Source of the DNA: Armatimonadota bacterium
GTDB taxonomy: Bacteria > Armatimonadota > Fimbriimonadia > Fimbriimonadales > Fimbriimonadaceae
NCBI GenBank assembly: GCA_043760685.1
Contig: JAYUOQ010000165.1
Coordinates: 1 to 37,546, forward strand
Direction: 5' to 3'
DNA: 37,546 bases
The notes beneath the pieces were generated by a model. The model saw nothing but the letters and a program-made list of their open reading frames with translations, was not told where the DNA came from and did not search any database. The position numbers were made by a program, and so were the translations under genes. Below, piece by piece: positions 1 to 9,005 of this stretch. Positions within the stretch are counted from its first letter, which is position 1, and each line of letters opens with the position of its first letter.

Positions 1-1
1 G

Positions 2-1360
2 CTGGACTATCCTGGCTTGGGCTACAACAAGGACATGATTTGCATGTCTGGAAATATGTTTGCCATGACCGGCAGTTCAGGCTTTAATGGCGTTCAAATC
101 ATGGCCTTTGACAAAGCAACCCTTTATGGTGGAACTGCAACTCCATTCAAATTCAATACGGGTGGTTTTACGGTTCAACTTGCAAAAACACTAGATTCAA
201 CGTCACCAGCTGTATATGCGGTCAACACGGAATCCCAGAATTCGATGACCCTGACGGCAATAACTAAGTCTGGATCATCGTTTAACGTTACCCAAGCATC
301 GGTTCCTGTTCCAAAGTGGGACTATGACCAAGGCTTCATTACCGGACCAGGTGGTGTACAAGTACAAACAAACGATCCACGTCAATTGGTAGCGACGTCA
401 TGGAACGGTCGAATTCTATCCAGCCACTCCGTTGCGGTATCAAGTTCAGATCAGCGACCAGGGGCTCGTTGGTATGACTTCAAAACCAACGGTTGGCCCG
501 TTTCTGGCACTCCAACTCTGTTCCAGTCAGGACAAGTTAATCCGCCAACGGGCCACGGATATTCCTTCCCGGCTGTCCAAATCGATAAGAAAGGAGGAAT
601 TGGAATGACGTTTTCGATGATCGGTTCATCAACTCCTGGCAAAGTAATGGCCAGTGGAAGACGACCATCAGATCCGCCAGGCACAATGGGTGCTCCTATT
701 GTTTTGGAGAATTCCCTATCTGGCACCTATAATGGCTTCTCGTCAAGGTGGGGCGACTACTTTGATCTTGAGCTTGATCCAAATGACTCAAGCACGTTCT
801 GGGCTGTTGGTATGGGAGCCGGAACTAATGGCAGATGGCAAACCTTTATTAAGAGTTTCAAGGTCAGCTTGCCCGACACAGACCTGCTTCAGGTACTTCC
901 TTCGGGAGTAACCACTGTCGCCGGTACCTTAATGTCTGGAAACAAGACCAGCTTGTATAGTCCAGGCTCGGTCACCCTCGACATTCAATCCAAATCAGTA
1001 AGTGGATTGGGTCAGGTTGCGGGATTCAATAGTGTTTACACCATTCCGTTTAGCGGCGGAGTAGACACCCTTCGAGTCTTCCTTAAAGCATCAGGAGCAA
1101 CGGGCTCTTCAGCCCTTGTTTCTTTGCTAAACGTGCAGAAAGGAGTCTATGAGCAAGTAACTACGTTTGGATTGTCTTCAACCGGTGTATCGAAAGTACT
1201 TGAGTTAACGCCTGCCCAAATTGCTTTATATGTTAGCAGTACAAAGCAAGTCTCGATGATCGTAAGAGGTGTAAATCCGACTCGTTCGGGTGCCGCTCCA
1301 GCGGTATTCACTTTCAAGACAGATCAGGCAACATTAGGCGCGGCTGAAGTCGTAAACTAG
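2..1360 (+). CDS. Large secreted beta-rich protein (5'-truncated) with RWGDY motif and shared ~150-aa C-terminal module
   Basis: Frame is open from position 2 (LDYPGLGYNKD), so the true start lies upstream of the window. Gly/Ser/Thr-rich, contains SRWGDY. C-terminus aligns with that of 1573..3483. Followed by a terminator. Confidence 0.8.
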   Translation: MDYPGLGYNKDMICMSGNMFAMTGSSGFNGVQIMAFDKATLYGGTATPFKFNTGGFTVQLAKTLDSTSPAVYAVNTESQNSMTLTAITKSGSSFNVTQASVPVPKWDYDQGFITGPGGVQVQTNDPRQLVATSWNGRILSSHSVAVSSSDQRPGARWYDFKTNGWPVSGTPTLFQSGQVNPPTGHGYSFPAVQIDKKGGIGMTFSMIGSSTPGKVMASGRRPSDPPGTMGAPIVLENSLSGTYNGFSSRWGDYFDLELDPNDSSTFWAVGMGAGTNGRWQTFIKSFKVSLPDTDLLQVLPSGVTTVAGTLMSGNKTSLYSPGSVTLDIQSKSVSGLGQVAGFNSVYTIPFSGGVDTLRVFLKASGATGSSALVSLLNVQKGVYEQVTTFGLSSTGVSKVLELTPAQIALYVSSTKQVSMIVRGVNPTRSGAAPAVFTFKTDQATLGAAEVVN

Positions 1361-1374
1361 GTTCAATTAAAGGG

Positions 1375-1410
1375 AAAGGGACCGTGTCAATTTGTCACGG
1401 TCTCTTTTTT
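1375..1410 (+). terminator. Rho-independent terminator
   Basis: Stem AAAGGGACCGTG/CACGGTCTCTTT followed by a T run, 15 nt after the stop at 1360. Confidence 0.85.
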
Positions 1411-1572
1411 CATTGCTTTGCCATCAATTCTTATGGCATTTCTACGATTAGTACATGTGTTTCCCAGGCAAAGTGGGTAACGTTGGGAAAAATACGTCCG
1501 TACTTTAGTCGTTGATTAACCGGACGGAATTAGTATTTTTTAGCCTTTCGGAATAGAGGAATACACAAGCAA

Positions 1573-3483
1573 ATGAAAACACTGAAAAGTTGGTCGTCAA
1601 TGGCCTGCCTTGCGACGTTAGCGCTGAGCGCCGTCTCGGGAGCACAAAGCTGGACAAAAATGGTTGCGACTGGCGGTCCACAACAAGCTGGCGAGCCAAT
1701 CCTTCTTACCGATGGAACAGTTATGGTTCATGACATCATGTCGCCAGATTGGTATCGGTTGACACCTAACAATAAGGGAAGTTATGTGAATGGGACTTGG
1801 AAAAAAGCAGCAAGTATGGCTGCAGACTATGGTCCCCTTTATTTTGCATCAGCGGTTTTGAAGGACGGACGCTTGCTCGTCATGGGTGGCGAATACAATT
1901 TGGGACCTGCCGTTTGGACCAATAAAGGTGCGATCTACGATCCAATCAAAAACAAATGGACATCTATGTCTGCACCAACAGGTTGGAACAATATTGGTGA
2001 CGCCCAATGCACAGTTCTGTCTGACGGGACATTTGCCCTTGCAATGCCGTTCGATACAAGAATGGCAGCACTGAATGCTTCTACTCTTACGTGGACTGCG
2101 ATGAGCAACATAGGTAAAGCTGATCGGCATGATGAAGAGGGCTGGACATTGTTGCCAGATGGCTCAATTTTGTGTCCAGACGCTGAAGCTGCACCCGGCA
2201 CCGAGCGATACCTTCCAACCCTTGGTAAATGGATCTCGGCGGGAGCAACTCCAGACTTTTTAACTGACGCTGGTTCCGAAGAAATTGGTCCTTTGGTATT
2301 ACTTCCAACTGGCAAGGTTCTTGCGATTGGAGCTATTGGACACAATGCAATGTACACCCCGGGAGCAAATCTTTTGGATACCGGTTCTTGGGCTGCACTT
2401 CCGGAGCTTCCGAATATTGGGGGACAATTAGGTCTAGCCGATGCTCCTGCTTGCTTACTTCCGAACGGACATGTACTTTTTGGTGCAAGTCCAGGCGTCT
2501 TTGCAAGTCCCACGAACTTCTTCGAATTTGATGGCGTCGGTACCTTTACTCCAGCACCAACGCCAACAACTGGAGGCGCTCATCCTTGCTTTACTGGCAA
2601 CTTTCTCATGCTTCCAGCTGGACAGGCACTTTACACAAACTTTAGCTCGAACGTTGAAGTTTACGACTATGCCGGAACTTTCCAAAATTCCTGGAGACCA
2701 ACAATCACTTCAGTTCCATCGATATTGATTCTTGGTAAATCGGCTGTACTCAAAGGGCGCCAGTTGAATGGTCTTTCTCAAAACAGTTTTTATGGCGACG
2801 ATAGCACGAATGCAACAAACTACCCGCTTGTCAGAATTACGTATAAGACTGGCGCTAAGCATGTCGCGTACTTCCGAACATCTGGACACAGTTCGATGGG
2901 TGTAGCAACTGGCCCATTGGTGGTTTCGACAAACATTGACGTTCCTTTGTTAGCTGAAACCGGCCCAGCGACCCTAGAAGTTGTAACTAACGGTATTCCT
3001 TCCTTGCCAGTCAACGTGACCATTGCAAAGGACGCATTAAAGCCGGACGCAATTGGAATGTTTGAAGGTGTAAGTAGCGTGGGTGGTCTTGCCAACGTCA
3101 TAAGCTCGGACGATTCATACTTCAAAGTTAATTCAATCCTTTTGGCTGGTACGGGTCATGTCGCTTCTGGATTTGCAACTTTCACAGTACCAGGCGGAAC
3201 AGCTTCAACCCTTCAGTTCTCATTTGAGACGAGTACGACTGAACTTGTTCAAGCCTTGTTTTTTGTCTACAATTACAGCACGAGCAAGTATGTCAACTTT
3301 GGAAGCGTTTCCCAATCAGGCACTGACAAAATAACGGACTTTCAAGTTCCCAATGCAGCCGCCTATATTGGACCAGGTGGAGCAGTAAAAGTCTTGGTAA
3401 GAGCGGTCAATCCATCAAGGGCAAACAAAATTGCTACTCCAACCACGCTCAGGTTCGACCAAGTTTCCTTGACCCCGGGATAG
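1573..3483 (+). CDS. Secreted kelch/galactose-oxidase-like beta-propeller protein with Ig-like segment and shared C-terminal module
   Basis: Signal peptide (MKTLKS...SAVSGA-Q) and GAGGA RBS. Repeated LLxDG/LPxG blade motifs (LLTDGTV, VLKDGRLLVMGG, LLPDGSI, LLPTGKV, LLPNGHV). Ig-like PTITSVP...VVTNGIPS segment. Confidence 0.8.
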   Translation: MKTLKSWSSMACLATLALSAVSGAQSWTKMVATGGPQQAGEPILLTDGTVMVHDIMSPDWYRLTPNNKGSYVNGTWKKAASMAADYGPLYFASAVLKDGRLLVMGGEYNLGPAVWTNKGAIYDPIKNKWTSMSAPTGWNNIGDAQCTVLSDGTFALAMPFDTRMAALNASTLTWTAMSNIGKADRHDEEGWTLLPDGSILCPDAEAAPGTERYLPTLGKWISAGATPDFLTDAGSEEIGPLVLLPTGKVLAIGAIGHNAMYTPGANLLDTGSWAALPELPNIGGQLGLADAPACLLPNGHVLFGASPGVFASPTNFFEFDGVGTFTPAPTPTTGGAHPCFTGNFLMLPAGQALYTNFSSNVEVYDYAGTFQNSWRPTITSVPSILILGKSAVLKGRQLNGLSQNSFYGDDSTNATNYPLVRITYKTGAKHVAYFRTSGHSSMGVATGPLVVSTNIDVPLLAETGPATLEVVTNGIPSLPVNVTIAKDALKPDAIGMFEGVSSVGGLANVISSDDSYFKVNSILLAGTGHVASGFATFTVPGGTASTLQFSFETSTTELVQALFFVYNYSTSKYVNFGSVSQSGTDKITDFQVPNAAAYIGPGGAVKVLVRAVNPSRANKIATPTTLRFDQVSLTPG

Positions 3484-3499
3484 GTCAAAACCAAACGAC

Positions 3500-3534
3500 A
3501 AAAAAAGAGCTTCCAATATGGAAGCTCTTATTTT
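3500..3534. terminator. Bidirectional intrinsic terminator
   Basis: Perfect stem AAGAGCTTCCA/TGGAAGCTCTT with A run before and T run after, between convergent genes. Confidence 0.9.
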
Positions 3535-3536
3535 AG

Positions 3537-4448
3537 CTAACCGGTTCGCCTTTTCTTAGTGCGGCGAGATTCCCAGCTATAGACTCCAAAAATCTTCACG
3601 TCTATTCCCCGCTCAACCCATCCAAAAAGATACTTAGCGGCTCCATTTCTACCTAAGGGCATTCGGATACAACCATGTGATGCGGGATAACTTGGTACCG
3701 ACGGGTAGCCGTGAAAGAATACATCGCCATTGACCTGAACAGCATAAGGCATCTCCGCATTGTTGTATTTACGAGAGTAATGCATTCTCTCCTTTGGGCC
3801 AGTTTTGAACTCGCCGTTCGGCGTGTTATGGCCCGGTTTACCGGTACTGACGTTTGATTTAAGAACAACAATGTCACCCTGAAAAGCCGTAAGTTCTTGG
3901 GACGCCTTGTCCACCTCGATACGTTTTTTGCCGACTACTACGTCAAAAACATTTGCGTAGTGCTGGATAGTCACTCGACCATCTTCTTTGGTTGGCTCAA
4001 GTGTTCCATCGAGCTTCTCAATTTCACGGATTGGAATGATGATACTGCCATTAAAAAGTCGACGAAACCCAGTAAATGTTTGACCACCGATTGTCATAAC
4101 TTTTTCGTCTTTGTCTAAGTCCAAATCCAGCGAAAGCCGCTCGGACAATGTCCTTGCAAGAACATAGGTCACCCCTGGCTTATCGGCAAAAGTTATTCCT
4201 TGAACATCTTCTCCCTTGATTGGGATTATTTTTGGAACTTCTAGTGGTTTGACTTGCCCTTGAGTTCCCTCAACTTTTGGAGGGATTTGGGGAGAGGTAG
4301 CTTGCTGTGGAGATTTTCCGGTGGAAGCTGTGGCTATGCCAACTCCAACTATGAAGATGGCACTAAGGAACAAGGGCACAAACCGCGCCTTGCTTGAAAT
4401 TTTTGTATAGGTGGTATCTAAACCTTGAGACCGATCACTTGTAGTCAA
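3537..4448 (-). CDS. L,D-transpeptidase (YkuD family) with N-terminal membrane/signal segment and probable copper-amine-oxidase-N-like stalk domain
   Basis: Catalytic motif FHGYPSVPSYPASHGCIRM and VSTGKPGHNTPNGEF. Hydrophobic N-terminal helix. Start codon uncertain. Confidence 0.85.
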   Translation of the reverse strand: MTTSDRSQGLDTTYTKISSKARFVPLFLSAIFIVGVGIATASTGKSPQQATSPQIPPKVEGTQGQVKPLEVPKIIPIKGEDVQGITFADKPGVTYVLARTLSERLSLDLDLDKDEKVMTIGGQTFTGFRRLFNGSIIIPIREIEKLDGTLEPTKEDGRVTIQHYANVFDVVVGKKRIEVDKASQELTAFQGDIVVLKSNVSTGKPGHNTPNGEFKTGPKERMHYSRKYNNAEMPYAVQVNGDVFFHGYPSVPSYPASHGCIRMPLGRNGAAKYLFGWVERGIDVKIFGVYSWESRRTKKRRTG

Positions 4449-4608
4449 TGTAACTCCGCAAAATCAAAAAAAAACTATTCTACTTATTGTGCAATGTGGA
4501 AAACTTTTTTTAGATTCAAAATGACAAAAATTTCAGAGTAAATGGCAATTTTGTTCGTTTTGTTGTATGGACTGGGCTAGTGGGCTAGAATAGTTTCACG
4601 AAGGGACG

Positions 4609-5895
4609 ATGAACATTTCAAGAATCTGCATCCTATCCTTTGTGTTTCTTACTTCGGCATGTGCCCCGACTGCGACAGAAGGAAAAATCAATATTCGCTA
4701 TATGGCTTGGGGAAATCCCGAACAATTAGCTCTGGAAGAGCAACTTTGCGAACAATTTAATCGGGATAACCCCGACATTCATGTCAAATTCCTAAAAGTG
4801 CCGGGCTCAGCATATGCAAATAAGTCCGTCGTCATGCTCGCATCAGATACCGCGCCTGACGTTCTCAGGGTTGATCACTACAACTTCGCCAACCTTCAAC
4901 GAAAAGACTTCTTCTTGGATATCACCGAACTCGCGAAAAAGGATCCTACTTGGAACGAGAATGATTTCTTTCCTCAAACAATTGAAGAATGTAAAGTTAA
5001 CAATCGATTGTTTGGGCTCAACGTTCTGTTTGGCGGAACGGTTATTTACTACAACAAATCAATGTTTGCAAGAGAAGGAGTTGAAGACCCATACAAAATG
5101 TGGACCGAGGGCCGATGGACCTACGAGTCGTTTGTTGATTCTGCTAAGAAGCTAACTAAGAAGGATTCGCAAAACCGATTTATTCAATTTGGAATAGCAC
5201 TTCCGATTTTTCCAACTTGGACTCCTTTCGTTTATGGATTTGGAGGTGAGCTACTTAACGAATCGCATACAAAGTCTATGCTAAGCGATCCCAAGTCAAT
5301 CGCAGGACTTCAGTTTGTTGCAGATCTTCGTTATAAGCACGGTTGTGCACCAACGCCAGCTCAAGCCGCCAATTCCGCGTTTACCTTTGAGGGCGGAAAA
5401 CTAGGTATGAGTATTGACTGGATGGGAATGACGCCACGGTATCGAAAGGCGGTAAAAGATTTTGAATGGGATGTCGTCCCATTGCCAGTGGGACCTGTAT
5501 CGGGCTCCGCAATCGTTAAAGGCAATCAGTTGGTTATTCCCAAGCATTGCAAGCATCCAGAAGCGGCTTGGAGATTTGCTCGATTTATTACTAGCCCCGA
5601 GACTGAACAACAACTGTATGTCACCAACCGTAGATGCTTTCCAACTCGAAAAGCAGTCGCCAATAGTCCTGAGTTTCTTGAATCCACTTTGCCACCAACA
5701 CAAATTCGAATTTTCCTTAGTGCGGTTAAAGGCGGAAAGCAATTGCCAATCGATGAGCGGTGGGCTGAGTGGACAACCTCTATGAATAATGAGCTCGATG
5801 CGCTTTGGAGTGGTCGAGAAACCGATGCAAAAATTGTTGCCAAACACACAGCCCAAGCAGTCAACAAAGTGCTTGCCGAGGAGCCCGGATGGTAA
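4609..5895 (+). CDS. Carbohydrate ABC transporter substrate-binding lipoprotein (CUT1)
   Basis: Lipobox LTSA-C; FNRDNPDIHV, APDV, IYYNKSMF and WDVVPLP motifs; followed by two permeases. Confidence 0.9.
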   Translation: MNISRICILSFVFLTSACAPTATEGKINIRYMAWGNPEQLALEEQLCEQFNRDNPDIHVKFLKVPGSAYANKSVVMLASDTAPDVLRVDHYNFANLQRKDFFLDITELAKKDPTWNENDFFPQTIEECKVNNRLFGLNVLFGGTVIYYNKSMFAREGVEDPYKMWTEGRWTYESFVDSAKKLTKKDSQNRFIQFGIALPIFPTWTPFVYGFGGELLNESHTKSMLSDPKSIAGLQFVADLRYKHGCAPTPAQAANSAFTFEGGKLGMSIDWMGMTPRYRKAVKDFEWDVVPLPVGPVSGSAIVKGNQLVIPKHCKHPEAAWRFARFITSPETEQQLYVTNRRCFPTRKAVANSPEFLESTLPPTQIRIFLSAVKGGKQLPIDERWAEWTTSMNNELDALWSGRETDAKIVAKHTAQAVNKVLAEEPGW

Positions 5896-6797
5896 AGAAG
5901 CGATCTCGAAAGCGGCTCGTTGACCGGCAGGAGTTCTGGGGATTTCTTTTCATTTGCCCTTGGCTGATCGGCTTTTTGATCTTCACGGTTGGGCCAATGC
6001 TTTCGTCGCTAGTCCTTTCCTTGTACAAATATGATTTAGCCAATTCAAAATTTGTTGGGCTCGAGAATTATCGTCGACTTTTGACCCAAGACCCTCTGTT
6101 TTGGAAGTCATTGAAGAACACTGCCCTTTATGCTCTGCTCACTGTTCCTCTCGGCGTATTGGGATCTCTTGCCATTGCCATTCTTCTCAATCAGCCTATC
6201 AAAGGGGTGCGGCTATATCGAACGTTGTTCTACTTACCTTCGATGGTTCCTGCAGTTGCTTCAGCATTAGTATGGCAATGGGTCTTCAATGCCGACAGCG
6301 GCATTCTTAACCAAGGGCTGGGGTTTCTTGGTTTACCAAACATTGAGTGGCTTCAAAACGAAAAATACACCCTATTTGCCTTTGTCCTAATGTCCCTTTG
6401 GGGAATTGGCGGTCAGCGAATGATCATTTTCCTTGCCGGACTTCAGGGAATTCCAGAAAGCTATTATGAAGCGGCGAGACTTGATGGGGCTGGAACTTGG
6501 ACCCAGTTTCGACATATCACCCTGCCCTGCCTCTCTCCCGTCATGTTCTTCAACTTAGTTTTAGGTTTAGTTGGCGCATTCCAGGTGTTTACTAGCGCTT
6601 ACATCATGACCAGTGGAGGCCCTAACAATGCCTCGTTGTTCTATTCCCTTTACATCTTCCGGAACGCGTTTGAGTACTTCAAGATGGGTAAAGCCAGCGC
6701 AATGGCGTGGATTCTCTTTGCAATCTTGTTGACCTTTACGCTGATTCAATTTGCCATGTCAAAGCGCTGGGTTCACTACGAAGGTGAAACAAAGTGA
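5889..6797 (+). CDS. Carbohydrate ABC transporter permease (UgpA/MalF-like)
   Basis: Start placed at ATG 5889 (MVKKRS), overlapping the upstream stop. FVGLENY and EAA loop LQGIPESYYEAARLDGA. Confidence 0.92.
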   Translation: MVKKRSRKRLVDRQEFWGFLFICPWLIGFLIFTVGPMLSSLVLSLYKYDLANSKFVGLENYRRLLTQDPLFWKSLKNTALYALLTVPLGVLGSLAIAILLNQPIKGVRLYRTLFYLPSMVPAVASALVWQWVFNADSGILNQGLGFLGLPNIEWLQNEKYTLFAFVLMSLWGIGGQRMIIFLAGLQGIPESYYEAARLDGAGTWTQFRHITLPCLSPVMFFNLVLGLVGAFQVFTSAYIMTSGGPNNASLFYSLYIFRNAFEYFKMGKASAMAWILFAILLTFTLIQFAMSKRWVHYEGETK

Positions 6798-7612
6798 AAC
6801 GAATTCCGACCTACTTCTTGCTTATCATGGGCTCTCTCATGTTCTCGATACCATTTCTTTGGACGATTTCAACAGCGCTCAAATCGTCCGCGGAATATGC
6901 CAAAGATCCTGGTCGTTTGATTCCCGTCAACCCTGATTTCTCAAATTTTTCGAAAGCTTGGACGGCATTACCCTTTCCTACATTTGTGATGAACACCGTT
7001 TTCGTCACGGTGATCTGTACAATCGCTCAAGTAATTACTGGTTCTTTAGTTGCCTACGGATTCTCACGATTTACCTTTAAGTGGAGGAACTTTCTCTTCT
7101 TTACGATGTTGGCAACGATGATGTTGCCGGGGCAGGTGACCCAGATTCCGGTGTTTCTTGTTTGGCGAAAATTGCACGCAATTGATACCTTTTTCCCGTT
7201 GATTGTGCCTGCGTTCTTTGGTGGTGGGGCGTTCAATATCTTCTTGCTCCGACAATTCTTTCTCACCATTCCTCGTGAGCTTGATGAAGCGGCGATGATT
7301 GATGGCGCGAGCTTCATCAGAATCTGGTGGAGAATACTTCTGCCCCTTTCTGGACCGGCGATTGCCTCAGTGGCACTCTTTTCATTTCTGGGCCATTGGG
7401 ACGCTTTTGAAGGTCCACTTATCTATTTGAACTCACCTGAAAAGTACACCGTTAGCATAGGATTGCGCATGTTCCAAGATACATTTGGGACAAATTTTGA
7501 ACAGGTTATGGCGGCATCTCTTGTTCATATCTTGCCAACAATACTCCTATTTTTCTTCGCCCAACGTTACTTCCTTAAGGGCATTGCCTTGAGTGGAATG
7601 GGAGGCAAGTAA
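6794..7612 (+). CDS. Carbohydrate ABC transporter permease (UgpE/MalG-like)
   Basis: GTGA start/stop overlap; EAA loop IPRELDEAAMIDGA; multiple TM helices. Confidence 0.92.
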   Translation: MKRIPTYFLLIMGSLMFSIPFLWTISTALKSSAEYAKDPGRLIPVNPDFSNFSKAWTALPFPTFVMNTVFVTVICTIAQVITGSLVAYGFSRFTFKWRNFLFFTMLATMMLPGQVTQIPVFLVWRKLHAIDTFFPLIVPAFFGGGAFNIFLLRQFFLTIPRELDEAAMIDGASFIRIWWRILLPLSGPAIASVALFSFLGHWDAFEGPLIYLNSPEKYTVSIGLRMFQDTFGTNFEQVMAASLVHILPTILLFFFAQRYFLKGIALSGMGGK

Positions 7613-7616
7613 GGTC

Positions 7617-9005
7617 TTGTCGCACGTTATTGTTTGCGGGTTAGGACAGGTTGGCTATCGTGTAACGATGTTGCTCCTTCAAATGGGTGAATCCGTAACG
7701 GTTGTTGCGGAGGTTGCTCGATCAGAATTTGAAAGGGAGATTCGAGAGCTTGGTGCTTCCGTGATTATTGGCGATGCCCGGGATAGCCTGATCCTTTTAG
7801 AGGCAAAGATCGATATGGCAAAGGCGCTCATTTCGGTTACCGATTCTGACCTAACCAATATCGAAATTTCATTAGACGCACAAACACTCAACCCTGCTGT
7901 TCGAGTGGTCGCCCGACTATTTGACCAAACTCTTGCCAAACGATTAGAAAAGTCTGTTGGCATCCATCGAGCCCTTGCGATGTCGGTTTTAGCTGCTCCG
8001 AGCTTTGCGGCTGCTTCAATCGGATCGGATGTTATAGGCTCATTTGATTTTGAAGAAAGCAATTTTGGCGTCCATTTGCCCATTGACGGCGAAGTGGACA
8101 TTCAGAAATCAAATCATGAGACCATTTCTAATCGAAGAAAGAAAAAGCAGAAAATCAGTGTAAAGAATTTCGTTCAGAATATTCCTCCACTTCTCATTTG
8201 GCTATTACTTGGAATAACCACGCTGGCGATAACGAGCATTTTGGTTTTCAGCGCTTCCATGAAACTCTCACCGATTGATTCAACTTACTTTGTCATCACC
8301 ACGCTCACAACGACAGGGTATGGGGATATCAGTGTCAAAGACGCGAGCATAGCAGTCAAGCTTTACACTTGCTTGATGATGATATTAGGTTCTGCTTCAG
8401 TCGCAATTCTTTACTCGATCATTACCGACTACTTTGTATCTTCAAGATTTGCCGAAATTCTTGGTCGCCAGAAGGTGTCAGGGAGTGGTCATATAATTGT
8501 GATAGGGATTGGCAATGTTGGTTTTCGCATCACCGAAACATTGACTAAGCTGGGTTATGCTGTCGTTGCTATAGATAGCAGCGCAAATGCCAAGTATCGC
8601 AGCCTGTTGGCAGAATCTGTGACGTTTATCGTCGGGGACGGACGAGATGATGAGACTCTCAGCCTAGCCGGTATTGAGTCAGCCATGTCAGTCATATCGG
8701 CCACCCATGACGATGCGGTCAACTTATCCTCTTGCTTGGTAGCCAAAGGGATCAATCCAAATGTCAAAACAGTTGTTCGCCTTTTCGATGGCGGCTTTGC
8801 TCGCAAAGTTGAACGAGCTTTGGATGTTGACACTGCACTCAGCGCGTCGAGAATCTCGGCTCCCGGTTTTGTCGGGGCGGCAATTTACGAAGAATCAGTC
8901 TTTAGTTTTGTTACGGATGACGAGTTTGTCGCCGTGATACCGGACGGACAAAAGTTTACTTTTGTCCGAAAAAAGATTCAAATCACTACGCCGAAGCAAT
9001 TTTAG
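7617..9005 (+). CDS. Potassium channel protein, RCK(TrkA-N)-pore-RCK(TrkA-N)
   Basis: Probable TTG start at 7617, just after the permease stop. Rossmann motifs VCGLGQVG and IGIGNVG flank TM1-pore (TLTTTGYGD)-TM2. Confidence 0.88.
   Translation: MSHVIVCGLGQVGYRVTMLLLQMGESVTVVAEVARSEFEREIRELGASVIIGDARDSLILLEAKIDMAKALISVTDSDLTNIEISLDAQTLNPAVRVVARLFDQTLAKRLEKSVGIHRALAMSVLAAPSFAAASIGSDVIGSFDFEESNFGVHLPIDGEVDIQKSNHETISNRRKKKQKISVKNFVQNIPPLLIWLLLGITTLAITSILVFSASMKLSPIDSTYFVITTLTTTGYGDISVKDASIAVKLYTCLMMILGSASVAILYSIITDYFVSSRFAEILGRQKVSGSGHIIVIGIGNVGFRITETLTKLGYAVVAIDSSANAKYRSLLAESVTFIVGDGRDDETLSLAGIESAMSVISATHDDAVNLSSCLVAKGINPNVKTVVRLFDGGFARKVERALDVDTALSASRISAPGFVGAAIYEESVFSFVTDDEFVAVIPDGQKFTFVRKKIQITTPKQF

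Noticed and set aside
5805-5888. Longer start for the first permease
   Set aside because: It lies inside the binding-protein gene. ATG 5889 gives normal translational coupling.
8986-9005. 20-nt convergent 3' overlaps (also 19715-19734) and a 6-nt overlap at 24483-24488
   Set aside because: Common in compact genomes; no evidence of function.
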